A stretch of DNA of 64,000 nt from a virus (IMGVR_UViG_3300032245_001763:1-64000); one strand, 5' to 3'; positions 7,463 through 16,296 are shown, counted from the first letter of the stretch. Made by a program: numbers and translations. The notes: generated by a model from the letters alone, not told the origin.

Positions 7463-7533
7463 GTTATGATTGTGAAAGAAAGTGGTTCACATCTGGTTCA
7501 CATCTGGTTCAGATTGATCTATAATGAATTTGA

Positions 7534-7604
7534 GGGGTTGTGGTGTAAATGAAAACACAATAGATTATGGTCTATATATGGAGGTTTAAATCCTTCCGAC
7601 CCCA
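7534..7604 (+). tRNA. tRNA with a 6-nt anticodon loop (ATAGA-TTATGG-TCTAT); identity uncertain
   Basis: Perfect acceptor GGGGTTG/CGACCCC, D-stem GTGT/ACAC, T-arm GGAGG-TTTAAAT-CCTTC. Confidence 0.5.
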
Positions 7605-7634
7605 TTTACTAAATCTATATTATAAAGATAAAAT

Positions 7635-7880
7635 ATGAATTTATACGCTCCAGTTTATTATCCTTTATTTGGAGAATTAGATGGTGAATTTTCATATATT
7701 ATGGTTGCTAGACAAGGTCAATCAAATGATCAAACATTAAAAGAATGGCAATTATTAATGAAGAATAATGGAATTCTTTTTGAAGAAGGAAATTTAGTTC
7801 TTTCAAAGGATTATGATTTATTTCTTCAAGTTATGTCTAAAGCTGGATGGAAGAAAGAGTTTATCGCTTTCGGTCCATAA
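7635..7880 (+). CDS. hypothetical protein
   Basis: ORF track, 81 aa. Confidence 0.5.
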   Translation: MNLYAPVYYPLFGELDGEFSYIMVARQGQSNDQTLKEWQLLMKNNGILFEEGNLVLSKDYDLFLQVMSKAGWKKEFIAFGP

Positions 7881-7891
7881 TTTATATTCAA

Positions 7892-7965
7892 CGACACATG
7901 GTGTAGTGGTTTCTGCATTTTTGTCTGATAAACAAAAGGTCCTAGTTCGATTCTAGGTGTGTCGA
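7892..7965 (+). tRNA. tRNA-Ile(GAT)
   Basis: Perfect acceptor CGACACA/TGTGTCG, anticodon stem TTTGT/ACAAA with loop CTGATAA, T-arm CCTAG-TTCGATT-CTAGG. Confidence 0.7.
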
Positions 7966-7971
7966 TTTTAA

Positions 7972-8042
7972 GGGAAGGTAGTTTAGCGGTTAAAACACAG
8001 CCAGTTTAGCTGAAGTCGCAGGTTCGAATCCTGCCCTTCCCA
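7972..8042 (+). tRNA. tRNA, probably Asn(GTT)-like. The anticodon stem is only 4 bp (CAGC/GCTG) and position 33 is not U.
   Basis: Perfect acceptor GGGAAGG/CCTTCCC, D-stem GTTT/AAAC, T-arm GCAGG-TTCGAAT-CCTGC. Confidence 0.55.
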
Positions 8043-8266
8043 TAAATACATTTTAGCGGCGACTACCATTTGATATACGATGGATGACGCCCTAAGACAT
8101 GTAACGAAAAGTTATATCTATAAATATAGTGTTTAAAGACACAGTTATAATGAGCTAAAAGTATTTCTAAAAAGAAAGTTTAATAATTTTGTTTTTATCT
8201 GGTCCTCAAGAGAAAGAACAATTTTCAATAAGATAAATTTAAATAAAATTGTGTTAGAAAGTTTAT

Positions 8267-8494
8267 ATGATTAATAAAGTCTTATGTGTTACAAAAATTA
8301 AACATAATTTGTTTAATTTTATATTTGGAAATAATTTATTTATATCACGTGATGGTAATATGTTTAGAACTGACTGCTCTATTAATGGAATAAAAGATTT
8401 TAATTCTGAGACAATTTTACAAATTTCAAGAAATGGAAATGTTGGTTTTTGTTATGCTGAAGAAATAGAGATTGGTGATATTGTTATTTGTTAA
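8267..8494 (+). CDS. hypothetical protein
   Basis: ORF track. A 30-bp leader is shared with gene 8623. Confidence 0.45.
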   Translation: MINKVLCVTKIKHNLFNFIFGNNLFISRDGNMFRTDCSINGIKDFNSETILQISRNGNVGFCYAEEIEIGDIVIC

Positions 8495-8500
8495 ATTTAT

Positions 8501-8572
8501 GTCTGGGTAGCTCAGAGGCAGAGCACTAAGCTGTTAACTTAGGGGTCGAGATTTCGAAATTCTCCCTAGACT
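8501..8572 (+). tRNA. tRNA-Asn(GTT)
   Basis: Acceptor GTCTGGG/CCTAGAC, D-stem GCTC/GAGC, anticodon stem CTAAG/CTTAG with loop CTGTTAA, T-arm GAGAT-TTCGAAA-TTCTC. Confidence 0.7.
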
Positions 8573-8622
8573 CTTTAGATTTTTGTTTATAATGAACTAA
8601 AAGTATTTTTAGAAAGTTTTTT

Positions 8623-9015
8623 ATGTATAAATTAATTTTATGTTTTGTAATGATGTTGTTTTTATCTGGTTGTAAAGATTCATTAAGGCTAGATAATCAG
8701 ATAAAAAATCAAATTGAATATAAAAAAGTTTTTGTTAATTCAGTAAATTCAATTACTGTATTAACAGTTGAACAGGAAAATCCAGAAATAATGGCTTTAA
8801 AAAATATTTGTTCAATAAATGAAATAAAATTTATAACTGGTAGTGATAAAAAGATTATTACTTGGCATACATATGGTACTAATTATAATAGACCAGATGT
8901 AAAAAGTTCTTTAGGACCTTGGGATGTTGTTGTATATCTTACTGATGTTAATGAAATAGAAGCTGGTGAATTAGACAAAGGTAAATTTGGTAAAGAAAAG
9001 TTACATGAGTTGTAA
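8623..9015 (+). CDS. putative lipoprotein
   Basis: N-terminal MYKLILCFVMMLFLSGC with an LSGC lipobox. Confidence 0.55.
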   Translation: MYKLILCFVMMLFLSGCKDSLRLDNQIKNQIEYKKVFVNSVNSITVLTVEQENPEIMALKNICSINEIKFITGSDKKIITWHTYGTNYNRPDVKSSLGPWDVVVYLTDVNEIEAGELDKGKFGKEKLHEL

Positions 9016-9214
9016 TTGAAAAAGTTTATGAATCTGAATCTAAAAAATCAGAAAGAATTGCTTTAACAAGAAAGTTTAATCCATCTAAAGAAGAATTAGA
9101 AAATCTTGTTAAAACAATGCCAATGACAAAAGTTGGTAATTTTTTTTCTGTTTCAGATAAATCAATTAGAAAAAGATGTCGTTTATTAGGTATTTTGTTT
9201 TAAAGTTATATAAT

Positions 9215-9287
9215 GCGTTTATGGTGTAGTGGCTACGCACGAAAGTCTTCCAAATTTTAAGGTCCAGTTCGATTCTGGATAAACGCA
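9215..9287 (+). tRNA. tRNA-Gly(TCC)
   Basis: Perfect acceptor GCGTTTA/TAAACGC, anticodon stem AAAGT/ATTTT with loop CTTCCAA, T-arm TCCAG-TTCGATT-CTGGA. Confidence 0.7.
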
Positions 9288-9306
9288 CTTTTTAAGGTTT
9301 TATATT

Positions 9307-9537
9307 ATGAATAATGCACAATTAGAAATAGCAGCGTTACAATATTGTAATTTGATGAAAATAGATCCAAATGAACAAGTTGAACGCCAAAATGATAATA
9401 ATAAATTTGGCAATATGACTTTTGATGTTTATCAAACAGAGTCAAGATTTGAACAAATTAAAAGAATGATTAAAAATTATTATTTGATTAATAAATCAAT
9501 TGAATTTGCTTTAAATCCTCTTAAAGAAAATTTATGA
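9307..9537 (+). CDS. hypothetical protein
   Basis: ORF track, 76 aa. Confidence 0.5.
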   Translation: MNNAQLEIAALQYCNLMKIDPNEQVERQNDNNKFGNMTFDVYQTESRFEQIKRMIKNYYLINKSIEFALNPLKENL

Positions 9538-9818
9538 AATATAAAATTAAGATTCCAAAACCATCTGCTAAAAGATTAAAAAATAAAAGATTAATTATTA
9601 AATATGTAAATGGTTTATTTGATTCGGAAGAATTTATTCCAGTGGATTGTGATGATTATTTTGAGTTTGAATTTAAAAAACCTTTATCAAGTGAAAATAA
9701 TTATATTATGCATCATGAAATGGAAGATGGTCGTTGGAGATATGATTTTTATATTGAGTTCAGTAATGAAACAAGAACTAGACTTGAAAAATTCAAGGTT
9801 GAATTGGAGATAACATGA
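9534..9818 (+). CDS. hypothetical protein
   Basis: ORF track; ATGA overlap. Confidence 0.5.
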   Translation: MKYKIKIPKPSAKRLKNKRLIIKYVNGLFDSEEFIPVDCDDYFEFEFKKPLSSENNYIMHHEMEDGRWRYDFYIEFSNETRTRLEKFKVELEIT

Positions 9819-10000
9819 TAGATGTTGATACAGATATAATTTTTAAATCTGATTTATTAGATTATTATGCAAAACGTTATTGTAAAATAATGAACATTAA
9901 ATTAACTAAAAAAAATCGTGAAGAAATTTTTAACTTAATTAAAAGTCATTTGGCTGTAAGATTTGCATGTGATGAACATTATCCTTTTTAAGATAAAATT

Positions 10001-10222
10001 ATGTATGATAAATTAAAAAATCCAAAAGATGTTTTTGATTTTGACCAAATGGTTGGAAAAATTGTACTTACATATCAATATGGAACTCATGGTGCCGTAG
10101 AGTTGTGGGACAGGGATTCATTTCCAAAAATTTATGATTCAAAAGAAGAAGCAGAAAAAGATTCACCCGAGGAATGGTTAAAACCAACTGTTGTTAGTGA
10201 TAATTGGCCAAAAATTAAATAA
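10001..10222 (+). CDS. hypothetical protein
   Basis: ORF track, 73 aa. Confidence 0.5.
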   Translation: MYDKLKNPKDVFDFDQMVGKIVLTYQYGTHGAVELWDRDSFPKIYDSKEEAEKDSPEEWLKPTVVSDNWPKIK

Positions 10223-10332
10223 TTAGATTAAAATCAGAATGCTTTGTAGAGTTACTTTTTATTTTCAAAAAACCAACACTTTATAAATTTTTGTCTGATT
10301 GTTTTTAAATCTAATCTTTTAGAAAGTTTAAA

Positions 10333-10680
10333 ATGAAAGAAATAGCTAATTTTTTAAAATCTTTTATTGAAATAGAAGAAATGGATTTTTATGAATTTTC
10401 AAAAGATTCCTATTATAGACCATCTTCTGTTGAAGATTTTTTAAATTCATATAAAAATTTTTTATCTGATTTGACAAATCATTTCAACAAAAATATTTTT
10501 AAAGACATAAGTTATACGTATAATATTGATAAATTAATTTTTCATTTAGATTTTATTAAAGAAAAACTAAATGAAAAGCCAGAGTTTTTTGAATTTTTGT
10601 ACATGGCTATTTTCTATAATATTAAGTTTCAAATGTATAAAATAATTGAAAATAAATTGTCTTCTGAGTGTGCCGGATAG
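10333..10680 (+). CDS. hypothetical protein; its 3' end overlaps tRNA-Arg by 22 nt
   Basis: ORF track. Preceded by a conserved intergenic element at 10232-10310. Confidence 0.5.
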   Translation: MKEIANFLKSFIEIEEMDFYEFSKDSYYRPSSVEDFLNSYKNFLSDLTNHFNKNIFKDISYTYNIDKLIFHLDFIKEKLNEKPEFFEFLYMAIFYNIKFQMYKIIENKLSSECAG

Positions 10681-10730
10681 CACGCAAGACTACGGATCTT
10701 GAAGAATGGGTTCAATTCCTATAGAAGATA
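10659..10730 (+). tRNA. tRNA-Arg(ACG)
   Basis: Acceptor GTCTTCT/AGAAGAT, D-stem GTGT/GCAC, perfect anticodon stem CAAGA/TCTTG with loop CTACGGA, T-arm ATGGG-TTCAATT-CCTAT. Confidence 0.7.
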
Positions 10731-10818
10731 TTAATCAGAATGTTTTGTGGAGTTACTTTTTTATTTGCAAAAAAACCTTATACTTCATAAGTTTTTGTCT
10801 GATTTTTTAGGATTTAAT

Positions 10819-11172
10819 ATGAAAAAAATACAAGAATCTATAAATGCTTATTCATTTCTAGATAAATTAGAATTAAATAATTTTGTTACAAAAGATTATT
10901 ATGATGTTGATTTAAAAGATTATACAAAGATTACATTTTGTATAAGATCAATTATTTCGGATTTAAGATCTTGTTTTTTAAATGAATTCCCAAATATTGA
11001 TTTGATCTGTTATTTAGATAACTTTCAAGGTGAAATGCCTGATTTTGTTAAAAATATTTTAACTTCACAAGATAATTTAAAGATATTGTTGGATCATGCT
11101 TTTTATTTGGGAAAATTAGAAATATACAATTCAATTCAAAAATCTAGTTTAGAAAGTTATAATAATGACTGA
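10819..11172 (+). CDS. hypothetical protein (start moved to ATG 10819, downstream of the repeated intergenic element)
   Basis: The ORF track begins at 10747, but 10733-10805 duplicates the element upstream of gene 10333, so the later ATG with MKKIQESINAY is preferred. Confidence 0.45.
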   Translation: MKKIQESINAYSFLDKLELNNFVTKDYYDVDLKDYTKITFCIRSIISDLRSCFLNEFPNIDLICYLDNFQGEMPDFVKNILTSQDNLKILLDHAFYLGKLEIYNSIQKSSLESYNND

Positions 11173-11512
11173 TCAATTTAAAGTAATTGTTGATTTAGAT
11201 CATATTAAATTTGATGATGTAATCTCTATGTCAAAATTTGAAAACTTTAACATAGAAATTGCAGAAATAAAAAAAATATTAATTGAAATTTCAAAAAATT
11301 TAATTGAGAAATTTAATTCTATTTATAGTGAATTTAATATTCCATATGATGAAAATTTCTTATCAGATGATTCTGGTCTAAAAGATTTGGTTAAAGATTA
11401 TACATCTAATATGGATGATATGATGATTTTTTTTGAAAGTTATTTTTTAATATCGAAATATGCAATATTTCAAATTGTTGATCAATATTATCAAAAATTA
11501 AATAAGTATTAA
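11165..11512 (+). CDS. hypothetical protein
   Basis: ORF track, 115 aa. Confidence 0.5.
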   Translation: MTDQFKVIVDLDHIKFDDVISMSKFENFNIEIAEIKKILIEISKNLIEKFNSIYSEFNIPYDENFLSDDSGLKDLVKDYTSNMDDMMIFFESYFLISKYAIFQIVDQYYQKLNKY

Positions 11513-11526
11513 TATATAGTTTACAT

Positions 11527-11597
11527 GCATCATAGGTGTACTGGCGGCATAAAACTTTGCCAAAGTTTAGGACCGAGTTCAATTCTCGGATGATGCT
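11527..11597 (+). tRNA. tRNA-Gly(GCC)
   Basis: Perfect acceptor GCATCAT/ATGATGC, anticodon stem AAACT/AGTTT with loop TTGCCAA, T-arm CCGAG-TTCAATT-CTCGG. Confidence 0.75.
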
Positions 11598-11601
11598 TTT
11601 T

Positions 11602-11715
11602 TGGGCGTGCAGGCGCTAGACAATAGTCTCTTTTCCACTTGTCTTTATTAGAATGATTAAGGGGATTACATTTTTTCTGTAAAAAAACGAAGTGGTTCGA
11701 TTCCACAACGCCCAA
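11602..11715 (+). tRNA. 114-nt tRNA-like gene with a roughly 40-nt internal insertion (an intron at a non-canonical position?). Candidate anticodon arm TTTTT-CTGTAAA-AAAAA gives GTA (Tyr).
   Basis: Perfect acceptor TGGGCGT/ACGCCCA, T-arm GTGG-TTCGATT-CCAC, D-stem AGGC/GTCT. Confidence 0.4.
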
Positions 11716-11796
11716 TTTTATTTTTAGGAAAATTAGTTATGTTTAATGTAAGAAAAGGTGCTGTCTTTTAGTTTTTTAAACTAAAAGGAGCATTAA

Positions 11797-12168
11797 ATGA
11801 AAAAAAGAAAATATTCTTCTTATAAAAGCGTCTTTTACAGAAGAATAAAAACTACTCAAGAACTTCGTGCAAATCAAGATTGTGAGTTCACAAGGGCTAA
11901 AAGGAAAAATATTCCTAATGCTTATGACGACATAGTTGTTAAAAGTAGAACTTACAAATCTTGGAAAAAAATAAGAAAAAATCAATATAAAGAAGATAAT
12001 TCATCGTATTCTTGGCATCAAATAGAAAGACAGAGATTTAATTATGGTTATTCTAACTATGAACAAATTCTTAAAGAATGTTATAGATTAGGGTATTACA
12101 CAGATCATTTTTATGATACAAAAACTAAAAATTATTATTTAAGATGGTACGGAAGAGACATTTCATGA
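11797..12168 (+). CDS. hypothetical basic protein
   Basis: ORF track, 123 aa, K/R/Y-rich. Confidence 0.5.
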   Translation: MKKRKYSSYKSVFYRRIKTTQELRANQDCEFTRAKRKNIPNAYDDIVVKSRTYKSWKKIRKNQYKEDNSSYSWHQIERQRFNYGYSNYEQILKECYRLGYYTDHFYDTKTKNYYLRWYGRDIS

Positions 12169-12416
12169 AACGAGCAGAAAGAAGACATCAAAAAAGATTA
12201 ATGAAAAATTGGGCTAAAAAAGTAGCTCACACAATATGGAATTATGATTCAAATGATTCTGTAACTGAAATTTTTGTTAAAAATGCTGATAATCTTAAAA
12301 TGTGTAGTTGTGAAGGTTGTAGAAATCCGAGAAGAAGTAAATGGTCTAAAAATAAAGGAAAAACAATAAAGGAAATTTTAGCTGATCATGATTTTAATTA
12401 TGATCAATGTGCTTAA
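12144..12416 (+). CDS. hypothetical basic protein
   Basis: ORF track. A long-stem hairpin follows at 12416-12478. Confidence 0.5.
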   Translation: MVRKRHFMKRAERRHQKRLMKNWAKKVAHTIWNYDSNDSVTEIFVKNADNLKMCSCEGCRNPRRSKWSKNKGKTIKEILADHDFNYDQCA

Positions 12417-12627
12417 AACTTACAATATTCATTTTTGTTGCGACAAGCGAATTGAGTGTTTTTCTGAATATTGTAAGTTTTTAATATATAACTAGAATGC
12501 AAATAGAATTACATTATTTGACTGTAAATCAAACCAACCAAATTTTATTAATTTTGTCTAGTTGATTTTTCATTTTAAAATAAATAAAATTTATACTATA
12601 TAAGTAATAAATTTACTTGGAAATTTT

Positions 12628-13035
12628 ATGAATAAAATATCATTTGTCATTGTTTTGTTTTTGGCATTTTTGTTTACTTTTCTCCTTGCAGAAAAGCCGA
12701 ATACTGTTCTAAATAATCAAATTGAAGATTCATTGAAAAATTCAAATGAAGAAACAATTTTTTGTAAAATAATTAAAATAATTAAAATGGATACTAATGG
12801 AAATGGTGAAATTTTAGTTGAGTGTTTTGAAGCTTCTGTTGATTTTGATAAAAAAATTACAATAATTGGATACCCAACCAATTTAGTTGAAACTAAAATT
12901 GAAATTAGTACGCATAAATATTTACAGGATCTAATTGATTACAAAGAAACCGTAATGATTACTTATCGTAAAGAGAACAATGATTTTGTTGCTTCTTTGA
13001 TTAAATTTCCAATTGAATTTCCAATTTCAATATAG
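12628..13035 (+). CDS. putative secreted protein
   Basis: N-terminal signal-like MNKISFVIVLFLAFLFTFLLA. Confidence 0.5.
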   Translation: MNKISFVIVLFLAFLFTFLLAEKPNTVLNNQIEDSLKNSNEETIFCKIIKIIKMDTNGNGEILVECFEASVDFDKKITIIGYPTNLVETKIEISTHKYLQDLIDYKETVMITYRKENNDFVASLIKFPIEFPISI

Positions 13036-13038
13036 TTT

Positions 13039-13109
13039 GCCTGATTCGTACAATGGTAGTACGTCTATCTCGTAAATAGAAAATTTCAGTTCGATTCTGT
13101 AATTAGGCT
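13039..13109 (+). tRNA. tRNA-Thr(CGT)
   Basis: Acceptor GCCTGAT/ATTAGGC, anticodon stem TCTAT/ATAGA with loop CTCGTAA, T-loop TTCGATT. Confidence 0.65.
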
Positions 13110-13130
13110 TTTTATTAAAAATTAATATTT

Positions 13131-13715
13131 ATGAAAACTTTTAAAGAATGGATATTTAAAGAATCACAACAGTTTTTCCTTGGCAGGAGAGATCTCCAAC
13201 AACAGTATAATAATTATATAAATCAATATGTTTTGAGAGACTTAGACAATGAAATTACCTATGTGGAAATTCCAGAAGATCAAGATCAAATAGAAATTTA
13301 TCTGAAACCCACTACAATTAGTACTAGTGTTGTTCAAAAAATTATTGAAGCCGTGAAGTTTTATTCTGGAGAAATAGGTGTACAATTAGGGCAGTCTTAT
13401 AGAAGCAATGATTCTTTGATTATTCCTATTCAAAAGTATCCAAGATATGATTATGACTTTAGTCGTGTTAAGAACCCAATTGTCAGAAAAAATCTGAGTT
13501 CAGGTAATTTAATTGATGTTAATGATATTGGTTATGAAGTAGAAAATGGCGTGTTTAAATTAAACAGATTTGTTAAAGATGCTAATTATTTTGATTCAAA
13601 AAATAACAAAAACATATTTTCTATTGGAAAAAGTTTGTCTACTGGCGAAATATTCGCTTCACACGATACTCGTTATTATAATAATGATGATTATGATACA
13701 CTATATTTAAGATAA
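13131..13715 (+). CDS. hypothetical protein, MKTFK-family (N-terminus MKTFKEWIFKES shared with 24686 and 32540)
   Basis: ORF track. Three genes begin MKTFK(E/Q/T)(W/Y)(I/L)(F/K). Confidence 0.55.
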   Translation: MKTFKEWIFKESQQFFLGRRDLQQQYNNYINQYVLRDLDNEITYVEIPEDQDQIEIYLKPTTISTSVVQKIIEAVKFYSGEIGVQLGQSYRSNDSLIIPIQKYPRYDYDFSRVKNPIVRKNLSSGNLIDVNDIGYEVENGVFKLNRFVKDANYFDSKNNKNIFSIGKSLSTGEIFASHDTRYYNNDDYDTLYLR

Positions 13716-13852
13716 TTAATTCACAAAAATAGAGTTATCTTTTTGTACACATTGAGTGTTTTTTTTGCCAACAATTTGTTTGTTGTTTTTGTTTAATTTT
13801 TATGTAAAAAATTAAAAAGTTTTTAAGTAGTTTTATTTATAAGTAGGGAATT

Positions 13853-14143
13853 ATGAAGTCTGATGAATTAAAAAATGTTATAAAAAATACATCTGGTTTG
13901 CTTTTAGTAGATTTCTATGCTGATTGGTGTGGACCATGTAAAGTAATTAATCAAATGTTAGAAAAAGTTAAAAACAAACTAACAGTTGTAAAAATAAATG
14001 CCGACACAGATCAGAAGTTGCTTGAAGAATACCATGTATCAGCACTTCCAACTTTGATGTTTTATAAAAATGGTCAATTAGTAGATAAAACTGTTGGTGT
14101 TCCTGGTGGTTCTTTTGAAAGAAAAATAGATTCTTTGTTGTAG
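13853..14143 (+). CDS. trx: thioredoxin
   Basis: WCGPCK active-site motif, about 96 aa, thioredoxin-fold spacing (FYADWCGPCK...ALPTLMFYKNGQ). Confidence 0.85.
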   Translation: MKSDELKNVIKNTSGLLLVDFYADWCGPCKVINQMLEKVKNKLTVVKINADTDQKLLEEYHVSALPTLMFYKNGQLVDKTVGVPGGSFERKIDSLL

Positions 14144-14154
14144 AAAGTTTTTTT

Positions 14155-14787
14155 GTGAATTACAAATATCATGTGAGCTATTCTCCAGTTTATTATAATG
14201 ATTATGATTCTTCTGATGAAGAATCAGGTTATCAATATCAATCAATAGATCATGTAAATTTAGAATATGTTATTAGATTTGATATTTCTTTCTTTAAAAG
14301 AAAATATAAAACATCTAACATTATTGACATTTATTGTTTGGAAAGAATTTATAAATTAAATGGAATTTATGATATTTCTAATTTTGAATATTCAACACGT
14401 AAGGATTATTATGGCGATGAAGTAGATAACATTTCATTTATTAAACAATCTAAACTTGATGTTGATATTCAATTATTTTTAAAATTAAAAACAAATAAAC
14501 AAAAGATAGAATATGTTTTAATGAAAGAATACAATTATATTCTTCCAGAAATAAATAACAAAAAAAGCTGGACTGTAAAGTCAATTTCAATTAAAAATAT
14601 TGTTTTTTCTAATTTAAATCATTTTAATAATTTAAACAATGAAATGTTAGAATTTTATTCTAAATCTAAACTTAATTATCCAGTTTGTATTTGTTTGAAA
14701 GATGGAGAAAAATATAGACTTATAGATGGATATCATAGATTTAAATCTATTCCATCTAATTCAAGAAAGATAAACGTTATATGTTAG
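14155..14787 (+). CDS. hypothetical protein with a ParB/sulfiredoxin-like DGxHR motif near the C-terminus
   Basis: YRLIDGYHRFKSI resembles the ParB-like nuclease domain signature. Alternative (GTG) start. Confidence 0.35.
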   Translation: MNYKYHVSYSPVYYNDYDSSDEESGYQYQSIDHVNLEYVIRFDISFFKRKYKTSNIIDIYCLERIYKLNGIYDISNFEYSTRKDYYGDEVDNISFIKQSKLDVDIQLFLKLKTNKQKIEYVLMKEYNYILPEINNKKSWTVKSISIKNIVFSNLNHFNNLNNEMLEFYSKSKLNYPVCICLKDGEKYRLIDGYHRFKSIPSNSRKINVIC

Positions 14788-15047
14788 AAAGTGATTTTTA
14801 TTTGTTGAATGAAAAGTTGAAAATTATTTCTGATATAAATCATAAAAAAGAATTAACTGAATTGGAAAAAAGTGCTGAATTAGAAAAAACAATCAAAATG
14901 TTTAATTATTTTGAAAATTATTTTTTAGAACATAAAAAAATTAAAAGGCAAAAAATGCTTTTTTCATTAAAAAATTTTTTATTAATATTAATATTTTTTT
15001 TGTTTTTATTTGGTATGAATTTTATTGGAATTTATTTTTTTAAATAA
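14781..15047 (+). CDS. hypothetical protein with a C-terminal TM segment
   Basis: ORF track; FLLILIFFLFLFGMNFIGIYFF. Confidence 0.4.
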   Translation: MLESDFYLLNEKLKIISDINHKKELTELEKSAELEKTIKMFNYFENYFLEHKKIKRQKMLFSLKNFLLILIFFLFLFGMNFIGIYFFK

Positions 15048-15093
15048 AGTGATTCACAAGTCTTAAAAATGAAGTATAGTTAATATATAACAT

Positions 15094-15164
15094 AGCCTCT
15101 TGGTGTAATGGCAGCATATATCGCTTTGAACGATCAGGCGTGGGTTCGATTCCCTCATTGGCTA
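15094..15164 (+). tRNA. tRNA-Gln(TTG) with a weak acceptor stem (2 mismatches); possible pseudogene
   Basis: D-stem GTGT/GCAT, anticodon stem ATCG/CGAT with loop CTTTGAA, T-arm GTGGG-TTCGATT-CCCTC. Confidence 0.5.
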
Positions 15165-15298
15165 CTTAGGATTAAATCATATGATTTTTCGAAAAAAACG
15201 TAGAAATAAATTATCTGCTAAAGGTTTTAAGGCAAGAATGATTTCTCTCTTATTAAAGAGAGAACGGCAAAAAAGATTAGAAAAACAAGGAAAAAGAT

Positions 15299-15324
15299 AA
15301 ACCTGCTTAAAGCAGGTTTTTTTA
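15299..15324 (+). terminator. Rho-independent terminator after the tRNA (AAACCTGC-TTAA-GCAGGTTT plus T7)
   Basis: Perfect 8-bp stem plus T-run. A second hairpin TCTCTC/GAGAGA lies at 15244-15263. Confidence 0.6.
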
Positions 15325-15337
15325 TTGGAGCAATTAA

Positions 15338-15580
15338 ATGCATCAAGTATTTGATATAAATCAAACGCCAATAAATGTTGGTGATACAGTGTTTGTTCAT
15401 TTCACTACGGATTCAGAAATAGGTATAGTGGTAGAGATTACTGATTCTCAAACTGTAAATCATCCTGGTTATTATGTTGATGTTAATATTAACAACCAAG
15501 GTCCAACAGGTATTCCCTCTTACATGATTGAAGTTTTTAAATTGAAAAATTTCAAAGGTAAAATGAAAGGCAAGTCATGA
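15338..15580 (+). CDS. hypothetical protein
   Basis: ORF track, 80 aa. Confidence 0.5.
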   Translation: MHQVFDINQTPINVGDTVFVHFTTDSEIGIVVEITDSQTVNHPGYYVDVNINNQGPTGIPSYMIEVFKLKNFKGKMKGKS

Positions 15581-15777
15581 TTTCTCACAAAAAAAAGTAT
15601 GGAGTGTATCATTGGGATACATTTGATAATGAAACAATTCTTGTTACTGAATCAGATGATTTAAATGATTTAAAAGAACAAGTTTTGAAAAAATACAGAG
15701 TTACACCAAGTGGTGCTGACGTTGTTGAAATTGTAAACAATATTGGAACAATTGTTGCTTCTTATAAAATAGGATAA
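15577..15777 (+). CDS. hypothetical protein
   Basis: ORF track; ATGA overlap. Confidence 0.5.
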   Translation: MISHKKKYGVYHWDTFDNETILVTESDDLNDLKEQVLKKYRVTPSGADVVEIVNNIGTIVASYKIG

Positions 15778-15891
15778 TTATGTTTAATTTATTTTTGTTT
15801 TGTTTATTAATGTTGATATTAATGTTGATATTAATGTTTATAAAAATATTATATGTTAAAAGAAATTTACTTAAAAAATTAAGTAATTTGA

Positions 15892-16296
15892 ATGCTTCTG
15901 AAAATACAGAAGACATTCTGTTTGATAGTGGTTCCGAACATATTAAGGATTAATTTAATGGGCTTGGAGTGGATTTTTCTGTTTGTTATTGTTGGATTGT
16001 ATCTTACCACATGCAGTATGAGTTATAATGATGCTTTTCGTCAAAGTAATTATTACTTGCCTTCTACAATTCTTATAGGACTTTTATGTTCTATCATATG
16101 GAATTGTATGGTTAAATATTTAAATGATAAAAATAAAATTTATTTTTATAGTTTGGTATGGGACGTTTGTTCTATCTTCATATATTATGCTTTTCCATTA
16201 ATTTTCTTAAATGTAAAAATTCATAAATTTGGAATTGTTGGTGTTGCTTTAATTATTATAGGTTTGGTCATAGTTAAAATGAATACTGTTGATTAA
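15892..16296 (+). CDS. hypothetical integral membrane protein (4 predicted TM segments)
   Basis: Hydrophobic stretches throughout. Confidence 0.5.
   Translation: MLLKIQKTFCLIVVPNILRINLMGLEWIFLFVIVGLYLTTCSMSYNDAFRQSNYYLPSTILIGLLCSIIWNCMVKYLNDKNKIYFYSLVWDVCSIFIYYAFPLIFLNVKIHKFGIVGVALIIIGLVIVKMNTVD

Noticed and set aside
15177-15371. Minus-strand ORF 15177-15371 and other short minus ORFs in plus-strand blocks (4090-4359, 5965-6153, 11776-11985, 15701-15916, 20196-20563, 21610-21798, 25974-26162, 26469-26681, 31631-31906, 31771-31998, 40553-40780, 46148-46375, 46869-47339, 47684-47986, 48492-48686, 51833-52372, 53534-53731, 54835-55206, 58790-58996, 61288-61491)
   Set aside because: Each overlaps a longer, better-supported ORF on the opposite strand or a terminator/tRNA region, has AT-rich low-complexity translations, and lacks any upstream leader motif.
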